Below the pieces are notes generated by a model. The model was not told the DNA's origin. It ran no database searches and was given only the letters and a program-made list of their open reading frames with translations. From assembly GCA_964246235.1 (NCBI GenBank), contig CAXTPR010000010.1:1946-65945 (forward strand): DNA of 64,000 bases, given 5' to 3'. Below are positions 26,597 through 36,040 of this stretch, piece after piece; within the stretch, counting starts at the first letter, position 1, and each line of letters opens with the position of its first letter. Origin of the DNA: an uncultured Acidobacteriaceae bacterium. Lineage in GTDB: Bacteria; Acidobacteriota; Terriglobia; Terriglobales; Acidobacteriaceae. Position numbers and translations under genes: made by a program.

Positions 26597-27592
26597 ATGC
26601 CGTCAACCATCTGGATCGACAACCGCAAGAATAACTGGAACCGGCTCGACGTGTTGCTGCGCCAGGTTGAATCGGCCGGCGTTCGCTCCCTGCCCAGCGC
26701 CAATCTGCGTGAACTGGGCCTGCTTTACCGCCAGGCTGCCTCCGACCTCAGCGCCGTGCGCAGCGAAGCCGCCCCCGGTCCACTCGAACAGTACCTCAAC
26801 CGCCTCGTGAGCCGCGCTCACAACTTCGTCTACGCTGGGCGTCGCACCTCGCTCGCCGGCCTGTGGCGCTTCTTCGCGCACGGCTACCCGCGCCTGCTGC
26901 GGAGGCTTTCAGGCTATGTTGCCCTGGCCACCGGCATCTTCGTCTTCGGAGCCCTGCTTTCGTCCCTCCTGATCGCCCTTCACCCGGAGCGTGGTCCCAT
27001 GCTGCTCGGCCCCGCCATGATGGACAAGATCAACCACCACCAGATGTGGACCGACAGCATCCTTAGCTCCGAGCCGCAGGCCTCGTCCGCGATCGCCACC
27101 AACAACATCGCGGTCTGCTTCTACACCTTTGCCGGAGGCCTCCTTGCGGGCCTGGGCACGCTATGGTTCCTGTTCTTTAACGGCCTGGAGATTGGCCTGG
27201 TAGCCACCGTCTGTGCCCAGCACGGCATGTCGCTCAGCCTGTGGAGCTTCGTCGCGGCGCATGGCGCATTGGAGCTGCCCAGCATCATGCTCGCTGGCGC
27301 GGCCGGACTCCGCCTCGGTGCCGGAATCCTTTTCCCCGGCATGCTGCGCCGCCGCGAGTCCGTCGCCCTCGCCGGCCAGGAGGCCGTGCAGCTGGTCAGC
27401 GGCACCATCCCGCTGCTGCTCGTGGCCGGCTGCCTGGAAGCCTTCCTCGACCCCGGCCATGCCCCCATGGCGCTCAAATTCTCGCTCTGCGCTGTTCTGT
27501 TCACCGGCCTGTGCTGGTGGCTCGGCGAAGGCGGACGCGTGCTGGCCGACGCAGGGGAAAGAGCAAAGGCGGCCAGCAGCCATTCGCCATAG
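26597..27592 (+). CDS. Stage II sporulation protein M (DUF95) family membrane protein
   Basis: LYRQAASDL..., YLNRLVSRAH, IATNNIAV, FFNG, AAHGALELPSI, AGCLEAFL. Confidence 0.9.
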   Translation: MPSTIWIDNRKNNWNRLDVLLRQVESAGVRSLPSANLRELGLLYRQAASDLSAVRSEAAPGPLEQYLNRLVSRAHNFVYAGRRTSLAGLWRFFAHGYPRLLRRLSGYVALATGIFVFGALLSSLLIALHPERGPMLLGPAMMDKINHHQMWTDSILSSEPQASSAIATNNIAVCFYTFAGGLLAGLGTLWFLFFNGLEIGLVATVCAQHGMSLSLWSFVAAHGALELPSIMLAGAAGLRLGAGILFPGMLRRRESVALAGQEAVQLVSGTIPLLLVAGCLEAFLDPGHAPMALKFSLCAVLFTGLCWWLGEGGRVLADAGERAKAASSHSP

Positions 27593-27811
27593 CTATGCCT
27601 TTGCTGGTCTTGCGCTTGCCCGGGATGCGATGACGGATCGAAGCGCAGCATTGACCGACTCGGAGTCGGGAAAGCTTGCTGTCAGGTCAGGCTCTAGGAG
27701 AACCAGAATGCTGCCGCGCTTGTATTCTGCTGCATACCTGCCGCGTATCCCCTTGCTGAAATCCAGATTCGGGCGGGGTGCCAAGGGGTCTTCTTCAAAC
27801 GTCTTCTTCAT
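27593..27811 (-). CDS. Putative BrnA-like antitoxin
   Basis: 72 aa, DFSKGIRGRYA...VLLEPDL...FPDSESVNAALR. Overlaps the 3' end of brnT by 17 nt. Confidence 0.72.
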   Translation of the reverse strand: MKKTFEEDPLAPRPNLDFSKGIRGRYAAEYKRGSILVLLEPDLTASFPDSESVNAALRSVIASRASARPAKA

Positions 27812-28073
27812 ATTCGCGTCGCTCCTCCGCAGTCGCGGGCAGCACGCCAATCAGTCGCACGGTGGAGTCCACCCGAGTGTAAACGACAAACAGCAGACGG
27901 CCTCGGTCGGATTCACCCACCACAATCCAGCGTTCCTCATCCCATGAGTGCTGATCGTCGCGCAGGTGTGATCCAAGTGGGTCGCCAAACACAGAAGCGG
28001 CCTCGCGGAACGAGACGCCATGCTTGCGAAAGTTGGACGCCGCTTTACCCGAGTGAAACTCGAACGTGAGCAT
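27795..28073 (-). CDS. brnT: BrnT family toxin (DUF497)
   Basis: FEFHSGKAASNFRKHGVSFREAASVFGDP, EERWIVVG, LLFVVYT, VRLIG, EERREYEE. Confidence 0.88.
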   Translation of the reverse strand: MLTFEFHSGKAASNFRKHGVSFREAASVFGDPLGSHLRDDQHSWDEERWIVVGESDRGRLLFVVYTRVDSTVRLIGVLPATAEERREYEEDV

Positions 28074-28078
28074 GGCCC

Positions 28079-29815
28079 TTACAGCCGCCCCTCCGCCTTC
28101 ACCTGCAGGTACTTCCCGATCGCGTTCACCCCTGCTTCCTCCGCGCTGGTTTCCACGATCAGCACCCCCTGCCGCTCCAGCAGCGCCACCGTTTCGCGCC
28201 GACGCTCCAACATCTCCTGCGCCGCGGCGCTCACGTACATCTCGTCGCGCGTCGTCGGCACTCGCGCTGCCATGGTCTCCAGCTCCGGGTGTTTCAACAG
28301 CACCAGCACCACCAGATGCTGCCGCACCAGCTCCGCGGCCGCCGCCACGATCTCCGGCCGCCCCGCCTGGTCAGCCATCTCCGTCACCCACACGATCAGC
28401 CCCCGCCGCCGCTGCACGTTCCGCAGCCGCGCCATGGCCTGCAGGTGGTCCGCCTCCGCGCGCTCGCTCCGGGTGCGGCTCAGCAGGTCGATCATCATCC
28501 GCAGGTGCCCGGCCCCCTGGCCGGCCGGGAGCAGCTGCTGAATGCCACGCCCATAGGCCATCATCCCAACCTTGTCGCCGGACTGGTCGATCACCTGCGC
28601 CAGCATCGCCGCCGCCGTGGCTGCCTGATCCAGTTGCGTCACCGTGAGCCGGTGCGCCCGGTCGCGCTCCGCCTCGGTTTCCGCAACGAACTCGCCCCCG
28701 CCGCGCTTCAGCTCCAGCGCCGTGCCGCTCAGCCGGCCTGCATCGAGAACCACCCACACCTGCTGCGAGCGCTCCACCGTGAACTGCCGCGTCACCGGCT
28801 TTCCGCGCCGCGCCGTGGCCGTCCAGCTTACGTTGCGCAGCTCATCGCCAGGCTGGTAGTCGCGCAGGCTTTCGAAGTCGCGGCCCACGCCCCGCAGCCG
28901 CAGCCGCCGCTTCTCCTGCGCAATCTGCCGCGCCCGCTGCAGGAAGAACTGAGTCCGGTCGCGCGCCTCTTCGAGTGCCGGAAACACCCGCACCCGCTGG
29001 GCACGCGACGCCTGCCGCGCATACGCTTGCGCCACGGCGGCTGCTTCGGCCTTTCTGGCTCGCCTGTCCCACATCCAGAGGCACACCGCCGCCGCGACCA
29101 GCCCGGTCATCACCAGACCTTCAACCCAGGCATGGCGGACCCGGAGAAAACCCGTCAGCACGGCGGCGCAGGCCAGCACCACGCTCCCAGACCGCCGCAG
29201 GGCGCGTCCTCGCGACGTCTTCACCGGCTCGGCCGCGTGCAGGGGAGCTTCGGTCCGCGCGCCCGCACCGGGCGCGTTCACCGGCAGCGCCGCGCACCAG
29301 CGCTCGGCCAGCGCCCCGCGGTATCCTGCCCGGTACCGCAGGTACACCCTGCCCAGGGCGTGGTCGCCCCGCTCCCGAGGCCACACCGTCGTCACGCTCG
29401 CCACATCCTCGCGCGGGTACAGTGGGAGCCTCTGTTCGCGCGGCTTGCCCACCAGCGCGGCGTGCAGGTCATCCACACAGCGCAGGTCCAGCACGCTGTC
29501 GGCCTCCAGCCGCACCGTCAGCTCCACCCGCGTGTCTTGCCCCAGCTGCGGCGAATCCAGGAAGGCTCGCGTCACCGTAAGCCGTTCCGGCGCGGGCAGC
29601 CGCACAGCCTCGACGATCCAGATCAGTAGCAGCAGGCCATCCCACGCCGGCACAAACCAGATTGCCTGCGGGTGCCGAAATGCCGGAACCGCCATCAGGA
29701 ACCCCGCCGCGAACAGCCCCATCGCCAGTGGCGTCATCCCGAACCGCCACCACCGCCCGGCGCGGCCAATGGGCCGGGCCGTCGCACTTGCGGGTTGTGG
29801 GAGGAGGGTCTGCAT
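28079..29815 (-). CDS. DUF58 domain (MoxR-associated, vWA-like) protein with internal insertion
   Basis: PRERGDH.LG, GRDFESLRDYQPGDELRNVSWTATARRG, LDAGR MIDAS-like motif. ATG 29815 overlaps the upstream TGA (TGATG). Confidence 0.9.
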   Translation of the reverse strand: MQTLLPQPASATARPIGRAGRWWRFGMTPLAMGLFAAGFLMAVPAFRHPQAIWFVPAWDGLLLLIWIVEAVRLPAPERLTVTRAFLDSPQLGQDTRVELTVRLEADSVLDLRCVDDLHAALVGKPREQRLPLYPREDVASVTTVWPRERGDHALGRVYLRYRAGYRGALAERWCAALPVNAPGAGARTEAPLHAAEPVKTSRGRALRRSGSVVLACAAVLTGFLRVRHAWVEGLVMTGLVAAAVCLWMWDRRARKAEAAAVAQAYARQASRAQRVRVFPALEEARDRTQFFLQRARQIAQEKRRLRLRGVGRDFESLRDYQPGDELRNVSWTATARRGKPVTRQFTVERSQQVWVVLDAGRLSGTALELKRGGGEFVAETEAERDRAHRLTVTQLDQAATAAAMLAQVIDQSGDKVGMMAYGRGIQQLLPAGQGAGHLRMMIDLLSRTRSERAEADHLQAMARLRNVQRRRGLIVWVTEMADQAGRPEIVAAAAELVRQHLVVLVLLKHPELETMAARVPTTRDEMYVSAAAQEMLERRRETVALLERQGVLIVETSAEEAGVNAIGKYLQVKAEGRL

Positions 29816-30384
29816 CAGAGCTTTTTGTGCTCTTGAGTCAGCATTTCCGTAAGCATAAGTTGCGCTTGATTCTGTTCCCCTCGCGTTCCCATGAACCGGA
29901 CGGACCACCGTGCGTCCTTTGATCGGCAATCGAGGCTCATCGTGTGAAACCTCGCAAGACTTGTCTTGAAGCAAAGCAGCGGCTGCCCAGTGATGTCCAC
30001 GAAAGTGTCGTCCTCCGCAACTTCTTCGGTAGGCGAGACAGGCTCATGAATGTGCAGCCATCTTGCCTGGACATCTTGCACCCGTTCCGACGGCAGTTCC
30101 GATCTGCTGGCCGAGAACATCGCGTCGGGACGGACGAAGAAGGGAACTGGCTTTTCTACCGACAACTCATTTCCCCATCTCGCACTTGTCTGTGTCCATG
30201 CAAACGGAAGAGCAACGTGGAATGAATGCCAGCTTGCACTGCGGTGCGTCAGCCAGCGTAAGACGGACTGTAGATATGGCCATGCGCAAAGCAGAACGAG
30301 CGCACAACAAGGAAGTCCTACCAGCGCGGTAAGCGTCCTTCTACTGAGGGGCCGATGCCAGATGGATATGCTCGCTCGAGTCAT
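29815..30384 (-). CDS. Orphan hypothetical protein with N-terminal TM/signal, inside the MoxR operon
   Basis: 189-aa ORF starting 4 nt after the moxR stop and ending in a TGATG junction with DUF58; visibly more AT-rich than its flanks. Confidence 0.65.
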   Translation of the reverse strand: MTRASISIWHRPLSRRTLTALVGLPCCALVLLCAWPYLQSVLRWLTHRSASWHSFHVALPFAWTQTSARWGNELSVEKPVPFFVRPDAMFSASRSELPSERVQDVQARWLHIHEPVSPTEEVAEDDTFVDITGQPLLCFKTSLARFHTMSLDCRSKDARWSVRFMGTRGEQNQAQLMLTEMLTQEHKKL

Positions 30385-30388
30385 ACAC

Positions 30389-31420
30389 CTACTTGGGCAC
30401 CTGCACAGCCGCCAGAATATCCCGCACCACGCGGTCCGTATCGAACCCCTCCAACTCCGCCTCGGGCCGCAGCACCAGCCGATGCCGCAGCGCGGGTACG
30501 GCCGCTTCCTTCACGTCGTCGGGGATCACGAAGTCCCGCCCCTCGCGCGCCGCATAGCCCTTGGCGACAAGCAGAAGACTCGCCGCCGCGCGCGGGCTCG
30601 CTCCCAGGCTCACCGCCGGCCACTCCCGTGTGCGCCGGACGACGGCCAGCAGGTAGTCGAAGATCGCCGGCTCCATGCGCACCGCGCGAATCTCTGCGCG
30701 CGCTCGCACCAGTAGCTCGTACGCAACCGGCTCGATCGGCGTATCGGCTAATCCAGTTGCCGTATGCGCCGCATGGTGCCGCTCCAGTACTGTCCGCTCG
30801 TCCGCAAGCTCCGGATACCCGATCTTGATCTTCAGCAGAAAACGGTCGAGCTGCGCTTCCGGCAGCGGGTAGGTGCCTTCGAACTCCACCGGGTTCTGCG
30901 TCGCGAACACGGTGAACAGCGGATCGAGCGTGTGCGTCTCGCCATCGGCCGTCACCTGCCGCTCCTCCATGCTCTCCAGCAGCGCCGCCTGCGTGCGCGG
31001 CGGCATGCGGTTGATCTCATCGGCCAGCAGAAACTGCGTGAAAACCGGCCCCTTGTGAAACTCGAAGTCACCCGGCTTGTCCCCAAAGGGCGGCGAAAAC
31101 ACATTGGTGCCCAGAATGTCCGCCGGCATCATGTCCGGGGTGGCCTGCACACGGCGGTAATCCAGCGCCAGGAAGCGCGCCAGCGTCTTGACCGCGAGCG
31201 TCTTCGCCACCCCGGGAACGCCCTCCACCAGCGCATGCCCGCCACACAAGGTGGTCATCAGCGCCTGCGCCACGGCCTCTTCCTGCCCGGCGATCACGCG
31301 CCCGATCTGTTCCTGTCCGCGCGCGAAGAGCTCCGCCGCCGCACTGATCCCGGACACGGCCTCTGCCGCCTGCGTCGCAGCCCCGCTACCCTCCTGCTCT
31401 GCCACTCCCAACTCGCTCAT
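30389..31420 (-). CDS. moxR: MoxR family AAA+ ATPase
   Basis: GHALVEGVPGVAKT, LADEINRMPPRTQAALLESMEE, ATQNPVEFEGTYPLPEAQLDRF, GASPRA. Confidence 0.96.
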   Translation of the reverse strand: MSELGVAEQEGSGAATQAAEAVSGISAAAELFARGQEQIGRVIAGQEEAVAQALMTTLCGGHALVEGVPGVAKTLAVKTLARFLALDYRRVQATPDMMPADILGTNVFSPPFGDKPGDFEFHKGPVFTQFLLADEINRMPPRTQAALLESMEERQVTADGETHTLDPLFTVFATQNPVEFEGTYPLPEAQLDRFLLKIKIGYPELADERTVLERHHAAHTATGLADTPIEPVAYELLVRARAEIRAVRMEPAIFDYLLAVVRRTREWPAVSLGASPRAAASLLLVAKGYAAREGRDFVIPDDVKEAAVPALRHRLVLRPEAELEGFDTDRVVRDILAAVQVPK

Positions 31421-31421
31421 C

Positions 31422-32714
31422 TCACCTCTCAGCTCCCACCAGACGTTTGTCTTCTGCACTCGCAGCTTCCGCCTGCGCCCCGCTACCCGGTGTCCCTGTT
31501 CCAGACGTCAGCATCGCACGAAGCCGCTCCTCATCACTCGCCATCGCGCGCACCAGTCTCAGCGCATCGCCGGAAGACAGCGTTTCCCCACCCACTCCGC
31601 TTTCCGCCGAACGGGCCTGCTCCAGGTGAATTCTCAGCTCGTTCCAGCCGCCCGGCTCGCTCCCAAAGCGCATCGCCAGCGTCTCCACAATGGCATCCGC
31701 GCCGCCGCGCACCGTCTCTCGGCTCAGCCCCGCTTCGCTCATCAGCACGCGTTCCAGCCGACGTTGGGCCGCCTCGATCACGGGTTCCGTGGCCCGCGCT
31801 TTCGCGTAGAGACCTCCCATGCTCGCGGTAAACTCCACCGGCGACGAGCGTGGCACCGTCACCGGCATCCGCAGCGGTCCCTTGCGGCGGCTGAAGCTCC
31901 AGACCAGCAGCAGGAAAAGCAGAACGAACTGGGAGAACATTACCCACAGGGGCCGGGTATCGAAGCTCCCCGGAGCGGCCTTCGCGTGATCGCTGAAGCC
32001 GTATTCGTCGAAGAGCACCGCCCGGCCTTCACCTACGCTCGCCAGCAAGAGCCGCAGGTTCGCATCGCGCTTCAGCCCGGCGTTGGTCAGCGGAGTGGCC
32101 GAAGTCCACCACACCGCTTCGCCCGCGCCCACGGGGTACCGCACCACCACCGGCTTGCCCAGGCAGCGCTGCTCCACGCGAAATTGCGGCCCTTCCGAGG
32201 CCCAGGTGCCGGCGTACTCCATCTCCGCCGAGCCCGCCGCCGCCAGCTCGCCCGGGCCCTCCGGGGTGGTCTCGCAGGTGCCCGGCGCCAGCTTGCCGGG
32301 CGCGTCCGTCCTGCCGCCCGGCAGCAGGCTGGCGCGCCACGCGGAGCCGGTCAGCAGCACCCGGCCGCCGCGAGCCATGAACGAGTTCAACTCGGCTGCC
32401 AACGCCTGCCGGTCCTCCAGGGGAATGGTAGGCTCCGCCAGCACCAGCGTGGTATGCGCTGCGTCCAGCCGCGCCATGCGCGTGGTGGGCTCGTCCCAGC
32501 GCACCGCCGTCCTGCCCATCCCCTGCAGCGTAAGAAACGCTGCCCTTGCACCTTGCGGCCCGGTGTTGCTGGTCGTGGGGCGCTTGTCCTCTTCGGTTTG
32601 CCGTGGAGTGAACAGCGCGATCACCACGATCAAGGACACCACGCCGCCCAGGAGCCAGGCCAGCAGCTTGCGGTCGCCGTGAATATCCATCACGCTTGTG
32701 CCCGCCGCGCTCAT
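31422..32714 (-). CDS. DUF4350 domain-containing membrane protein
   Basis: N-terminal TM, NTGPQGARAAF, GEAVW...LTN, VLFDEY, C-terminal TM and RSSPVEF; lies upstream of moxR. Confidence 0.8.
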   Translation of the reverse strand: MSAAGTSVMDIHGDRKLLAWLLGGVVSLIVVIALFTPRQTEEDKRPTTSNTGPQGARAAFLTLQGMGRTAVRWDEPTTRMARLDAAHTTLVLAEPTIPLEDRQALAAELNSFMARGGRVLLTGSAWRASLLPGGRTDAPGKLAPGTCETTPEGPGELAAAGSAEMEYAGTWASEGPQFRVEQRCLGKPVVVRYPVGAGEAVWWTSATPLTNAGLKRDANLRLLLASVGEGRAVLFDEYGFSDHAKAAPGSFDTRPLWVMFSQFVLLFLLLVWSFSRRKGPLRMPVTVPRSSPVEFTASMGGLYAKARATEPVIEAAQRRLERVLMSEAGLSRETVRGGADAIVETLAMRFGSEPGGWNELRIHLEQARSAESGVGGETLSSGDALRLVRAMASDEERLRAMLTSGTGTPGSGAQAEAASAEDKRLVGAER

Positions 32715-33790
32715 GCCCGCTCGCTCGCTCCTGTACCAGGCAGCAGCTCGCTTCGCAGCCCGGTGCCAGCCGAACCGGAGGAGCCGTCTCCCGTCTCGCT
32801 CAGCCGCTCAAACCAACGTCGCGCACGCAGGTAGTCTGCCGCCTCCGCGGGCCGTAGACCATACCACACCCGCTCCAGCAGGCTCGTCAGGCTGCCCAGC
32901 GACTCCCGCTGCGGTGATCCCGGCTGCAGCAGCCGGACGTACTCCCGCGGTGTCCGCGCCGGATTGTGCCGCCACGCGCGACGGCCCTCCAGGCGCACGA
33001 TCGCCGCCCAGTACAGGCAGTGCACCGCCTCGCGCCACTCTCCGGCGCGGCTCGCCTGCTCGGCCAGCGTCGCCCAGTCCGTCGCCTCCCGGTCCCAGGC
33101 TCCCAGCTTTGCCTGGTCGCCGCGCAGGGTCGCTGCAAGCCGCTGCCGCTGGAAGTTTCTCCGCACATAAAACAGCAGGCCCAACGCCGTACCCAGGAAG
33201 AATATCCACTCCATGGCTACACCGATCCACGGTGCGCGGGTGCCCAGCTGGCCTACACCCGCAAACAACCTCCCGATGGCTCGCCAGAACCTGGCCACCA
33301 GCCGGTCCCACCACGAGGGCGGTGCCACGGCGCCGAACTCCGGCCTTGCCAGAACACCGTCCGCGGTGGAGCGTGCTTTGCGAAAGTCTGTTGCCGGATC
33401 CCGCTCCGGCCCCGCGATCTTGCGGTCGATCTCCCCCAGCCGAGCCGCGCTTGCGTCCATGGCGCGTTGCCGGTCGTCCGGTTTGGCCGTCCTCGCTGTC
33501 TCCAGTGCCTCGCGAAGCCAATCCCACCGCATGGCGAAGCTGGGCCGCGCGCCGTCCGCTGCCACGGTCCCATCGGCAGGGGCATTCGCCGCTTTGCAAA
33601 CGCTGGCTGCGGAGGCACACCCGCGCACGACATCCTGCATCTGCGCGATCTCAGCGCGCAGGTCGGCCCGCGATCGCTCCTGCACCTGGCCCATGCAGGG
33701 CAGCAGGTATGCCGCCAGGAGTGCAAGTACCGGCACCGCGTTGTGCGAGCGTGGACGTCGCGCGCTGCCATGGGAAATCCGTCGCGTCAT
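32711..33790 (-). CDS. DUF4129 domain-containing protein
   Basis: GEWREAVHCLYWAAIVRLE, RTPREY, LERVWYG C-terminal motif and a central TM. Confidence 0.82.
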   Translation of the reverse strand: MTRRISHGSARRPRSHNAVPVLALLAAYLLPCMGQVQERSRADLRAEIAQMQDVVRGCASAASVCKAANAPADGTVAADGARPSFAMRWDWLREALETARTAKPDDRQRAMDASAARLGEIDRKIAGPERDPATDFRKARSTADGVLARPEFGAVAPPSWWDRLVARFWRAIGRLFAGVGQLGTRAPWIGVAMEWIFFLGTALGLLFYVRRNFQRQRLAATLRGDQAKLGAWDREATDWATLAEQASRAGEWREAVHCLYWAAIVRLEGRRAWRHNPARTPREYVRLLQPGSPQRESLGSLTSLLERVWYGLRPAEAADYLRARRWFERLSETGDGSSGSAGTGLRSELLPGTGASERA

Positions 33791-33791
33791 T

Positions 33792-35024
33792 TCAGAGGCC
33801 CGAGGCTCCTCCCGGCGGCTCTGCCATCGGCTCCGCAGCCGCCTCCACGCCGCCTCGCTTCGTCAGGAGTGGCGCCGCAGAAGGTGTCTCCGCCACAGGT
33901 GGTTCCGCCAGGGATGGCTCCGCCATCGTTCCCCGGCCGGAGCCGTCGCCCGGCGCCGACTCATCCCCCAGCAGAACCGCCACATCGAACGCCTCCTTGC
34001 GCACCCGCTGGTCGAAGTACACCAGCGTGATCCCGATCAGGATCACCGGCGAGATCACGGTGTAGCCCGCGAACACCACGGCGAGCGTCACGATCTCGGT
34101 TAGCAGCAGGTGTCCGCCGCTGCTTCGGGTGGCAATCACCAGGATGAAAACCATCGTTGCCAGCAGAATGCCCATCACCATGTACAGGGCTCCGGCAATC
34201 AGCAGTACCAGGAACAGCTTGCCCTTGGCCCCCGCCGAAAGCGTCTTGCTGCGGCGTATGGAAGCCCGCACGCCTAGCCCTTCGCGCACCGCAATCGGTA
34301 CGGCCAGCAGGTTGCGGAGGTACAGGATCAGCCCGGCTACCATCGCCGCCAGAAGCAGGAACACCAGCCCGCCCGTCGCCGCCACGGAGCCGATCGCCGA
34401 GAACGACCGGCCGTTCAAGAGCCACACGCCGCCGAATGCCAACAGGACCAGGAGGGCGGGCCATGCCGCGCTCCCCAGCTGCCACAGCGCGATGCCCACA
34501 TACCGCAGGGAGCGGCCCGCCGTCGCGCGGATGGAATCCTTCACCGTGGCGCTGCGGCGGAGGTAGACCTCGCCCATAGCCCACACCGTGGCCGCCTGGG
34601 TGATTGCAAACGCCAGCACGAAGATCGCTGACATCAACAGCGTCAGCAGCCCGGACGTAACCCCCAGCGTCAGAATATTGCCTCTGCGCAACATCCAGTG
34701 CTGCGCCAGCAGTTGCGCCGCCTGGCCCACCAGCCGCACCACCGCAGACAGCGAAGCGATCCCGGCGAACAGCAGAAAGCGCGAACGATAGAGCGAGAAA
34801 GTGCGATCCAGCACCTCGCCCGTGCTCAGCGGCCGCAGCTCGTAGATCGGTGCGAGTCCGGGGCCGCCGTAGCTGTCGCTCGCGGCGTGCGCCGTCTCCT
34901 GGTTTCGTGCCAGAGTGGCCGGCGCCATCCAGCGGTACGTTCCTGCGCCTTCGCTTGAAGGAGTTGCGTCGTAGGGCGACGGGTCGATTTTGTCGGGAGG
35001 CAGCAACGGAGGGCCGGATGCCAT
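33792..35024 (-). CDS. Multi-pass membrane protein heading the MoxR cluster
   Basis: LRPLSTGEVLDRTFSLYR, six TM segments, LVYFDQRVRKEAFD. Start uncertain (35024 or 35036). Confidence 0.8.
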   Translation of the reverse strand: MASGPPLLPPDKIDPSPYDATPSSEGAGTYRWMAPATLARNQETAHAASDSYGGPGLAPIYELRPLSTGEVLDRTFSLYRSRFLLFAGIASLSAVVRLVGQAAQLLAQHWMLRRGNILTLGVTSGLLTLLMSAIFVLAFAITQAATVWAMGEVYLRRSATVKDSIRATAGRSLRYVGIALWQLGSAAWPALLVLLAFGGVWLLNGRSFSAIGSVAATGGLVFLLLAAMVAGLILYLRNLLAVPIAVREGLGVRASIRRSKTLSAGAKGKLFLVLLIAGALYMVMGILLATMVFILVIATRSSGGHLLLTEIVTLAVVFAGYTVISPVILIGITLVYFDQRVRKEAFDVAVLLGDESAPGDGSGRGTMAEPSLAEPPVAETPSAAPLLTKRGGVEAAAEPMAEPPGGASGL

Positions 35025-35402
35025 GAAGTCGTCCATGTGGTGGTGCGGATGAGATGCGAAGCGGAGCAGCAAGGGAAAGCAGGCGCGTGGCGGAAAGAAT
35101 AGCACTCCACACCGCAGCCAATGTTCGCCGCGCGCGAAAGAAAGCGAAGGAAACGCTCTGTTGAAAGAGAGAAGTTGCAGCTCGCGTAACGTGACCCTGC
35201 AATGGCAGCGCCTGTTTGTGCGATGCGCGCCAGTATGTGATATCACGGGCGCAGAATAGCGTCATATCGCTCTGCACGGGCCGCCCTTGTCGCGTAGACT
35301 AACCCCGACGACTTGGCGCATCCGTACATCCGCGTGAGACTCCACGTGAGACCCGCTTGGATCGCGGGGAGTTCGTGGACGGCCATTTCCCGTGAGCACA
35401 CC

Positions 35403-35882
35403 ATGCCTCTCCTGCTGACTTCCGCTCTGCCCCGACCGATCCACGGAAGCGCCGCACCGCCGGGTTCCGTGCTGCAAACTCCGACCCCTCTCCCCAGGAG
35501 CAGCGGCGTCCCAAAGGGTACCCGGCAGCCGCGCATCCTCGTGGTGGATGATGAGTCCGTGATCGCCGACACGATCGTCCAGATCCTCAACCGCAGCGGC
35601 TTCGTGGCCGAGGCTGCCTACAACGGCAGGGAGGCGGTCGAGGCCGCGCGCAAACACTGTCCCGAACTCGTCCTGAGCGATGTCATGATGCCTGCCTTCG
35701 ACGGTGTCGAGACGGCCATCGCCATTCGCGAGTTCTGTCCCGACACCCGTATCGTGCTCTTCAGCGGCCAGGCTTCCACCATCGAAATCCTGTCCCGCGC
35801 ACAGAAGCGCGGCCACACCTTCGAGCTCCTTCCCAAGCCCATTCATCCCGCTCAGCTCATCAAGCACCTGCGCGAGTCTTGA
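35403..35882 (+). CDS. Single-domain response regulator (receiver only)
   Basis: ILVVDDE, VLSDVMMP (phospho-Asp), FSGQ, LPKP. Confidence 0.9.
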   Translation: MPLLLTSALPRPIHGSAAPPGSVLQTPTPLPRSSGVPKGTRQPRILVVDDESVIADTIVQILNRSGFVAEAAYNGREAVEAARKHCPELVLSDVMMPAFDGVETAIAIREFCPDTRIVLFSGQASTIEILSRAQKRGHTFELLPKPIHPAQLIKHLRES

Positions 35883-36028
35883 GAGCAGGAAGCAGGAGAC
35901 GGAAAGCAGCAGCACCGGAAGCAGCAGGAACCGGAAAAGAAGGACTGGCTGTCGCTTTCCTGGTCTCATCCCCGCAGGGAACTGCGTTCGCCGGGTGCCC
36001 GCATCTGTCTGCAAAACGAGCTTGCTGC

Positions 36029-36034
36029 TAGGCT
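36029..36034 (+). promoter_or_regulatory. Putative extended -10 (TGc-TAGGCT) 6 nt before ATG, leaderless-type
   Basis: TGC-TAGGCT-CAACCC-ATG(36041). Confidence 0.55.
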
Positions 36035-36040
36035 CAACCC

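Noticed and set aside
35030-35400. Long intergenic region as a possible riboswitch
   Set aside because: No recognisable aptamer consensus (c-di-GMP, TPP, cobalamin, SAM) and no convincing long stems.
35883-35945. GGAAGCAG-like low-complexity run after the response regulator
   Set aside because: Irregular, short and non-palindromic; no supportable function.
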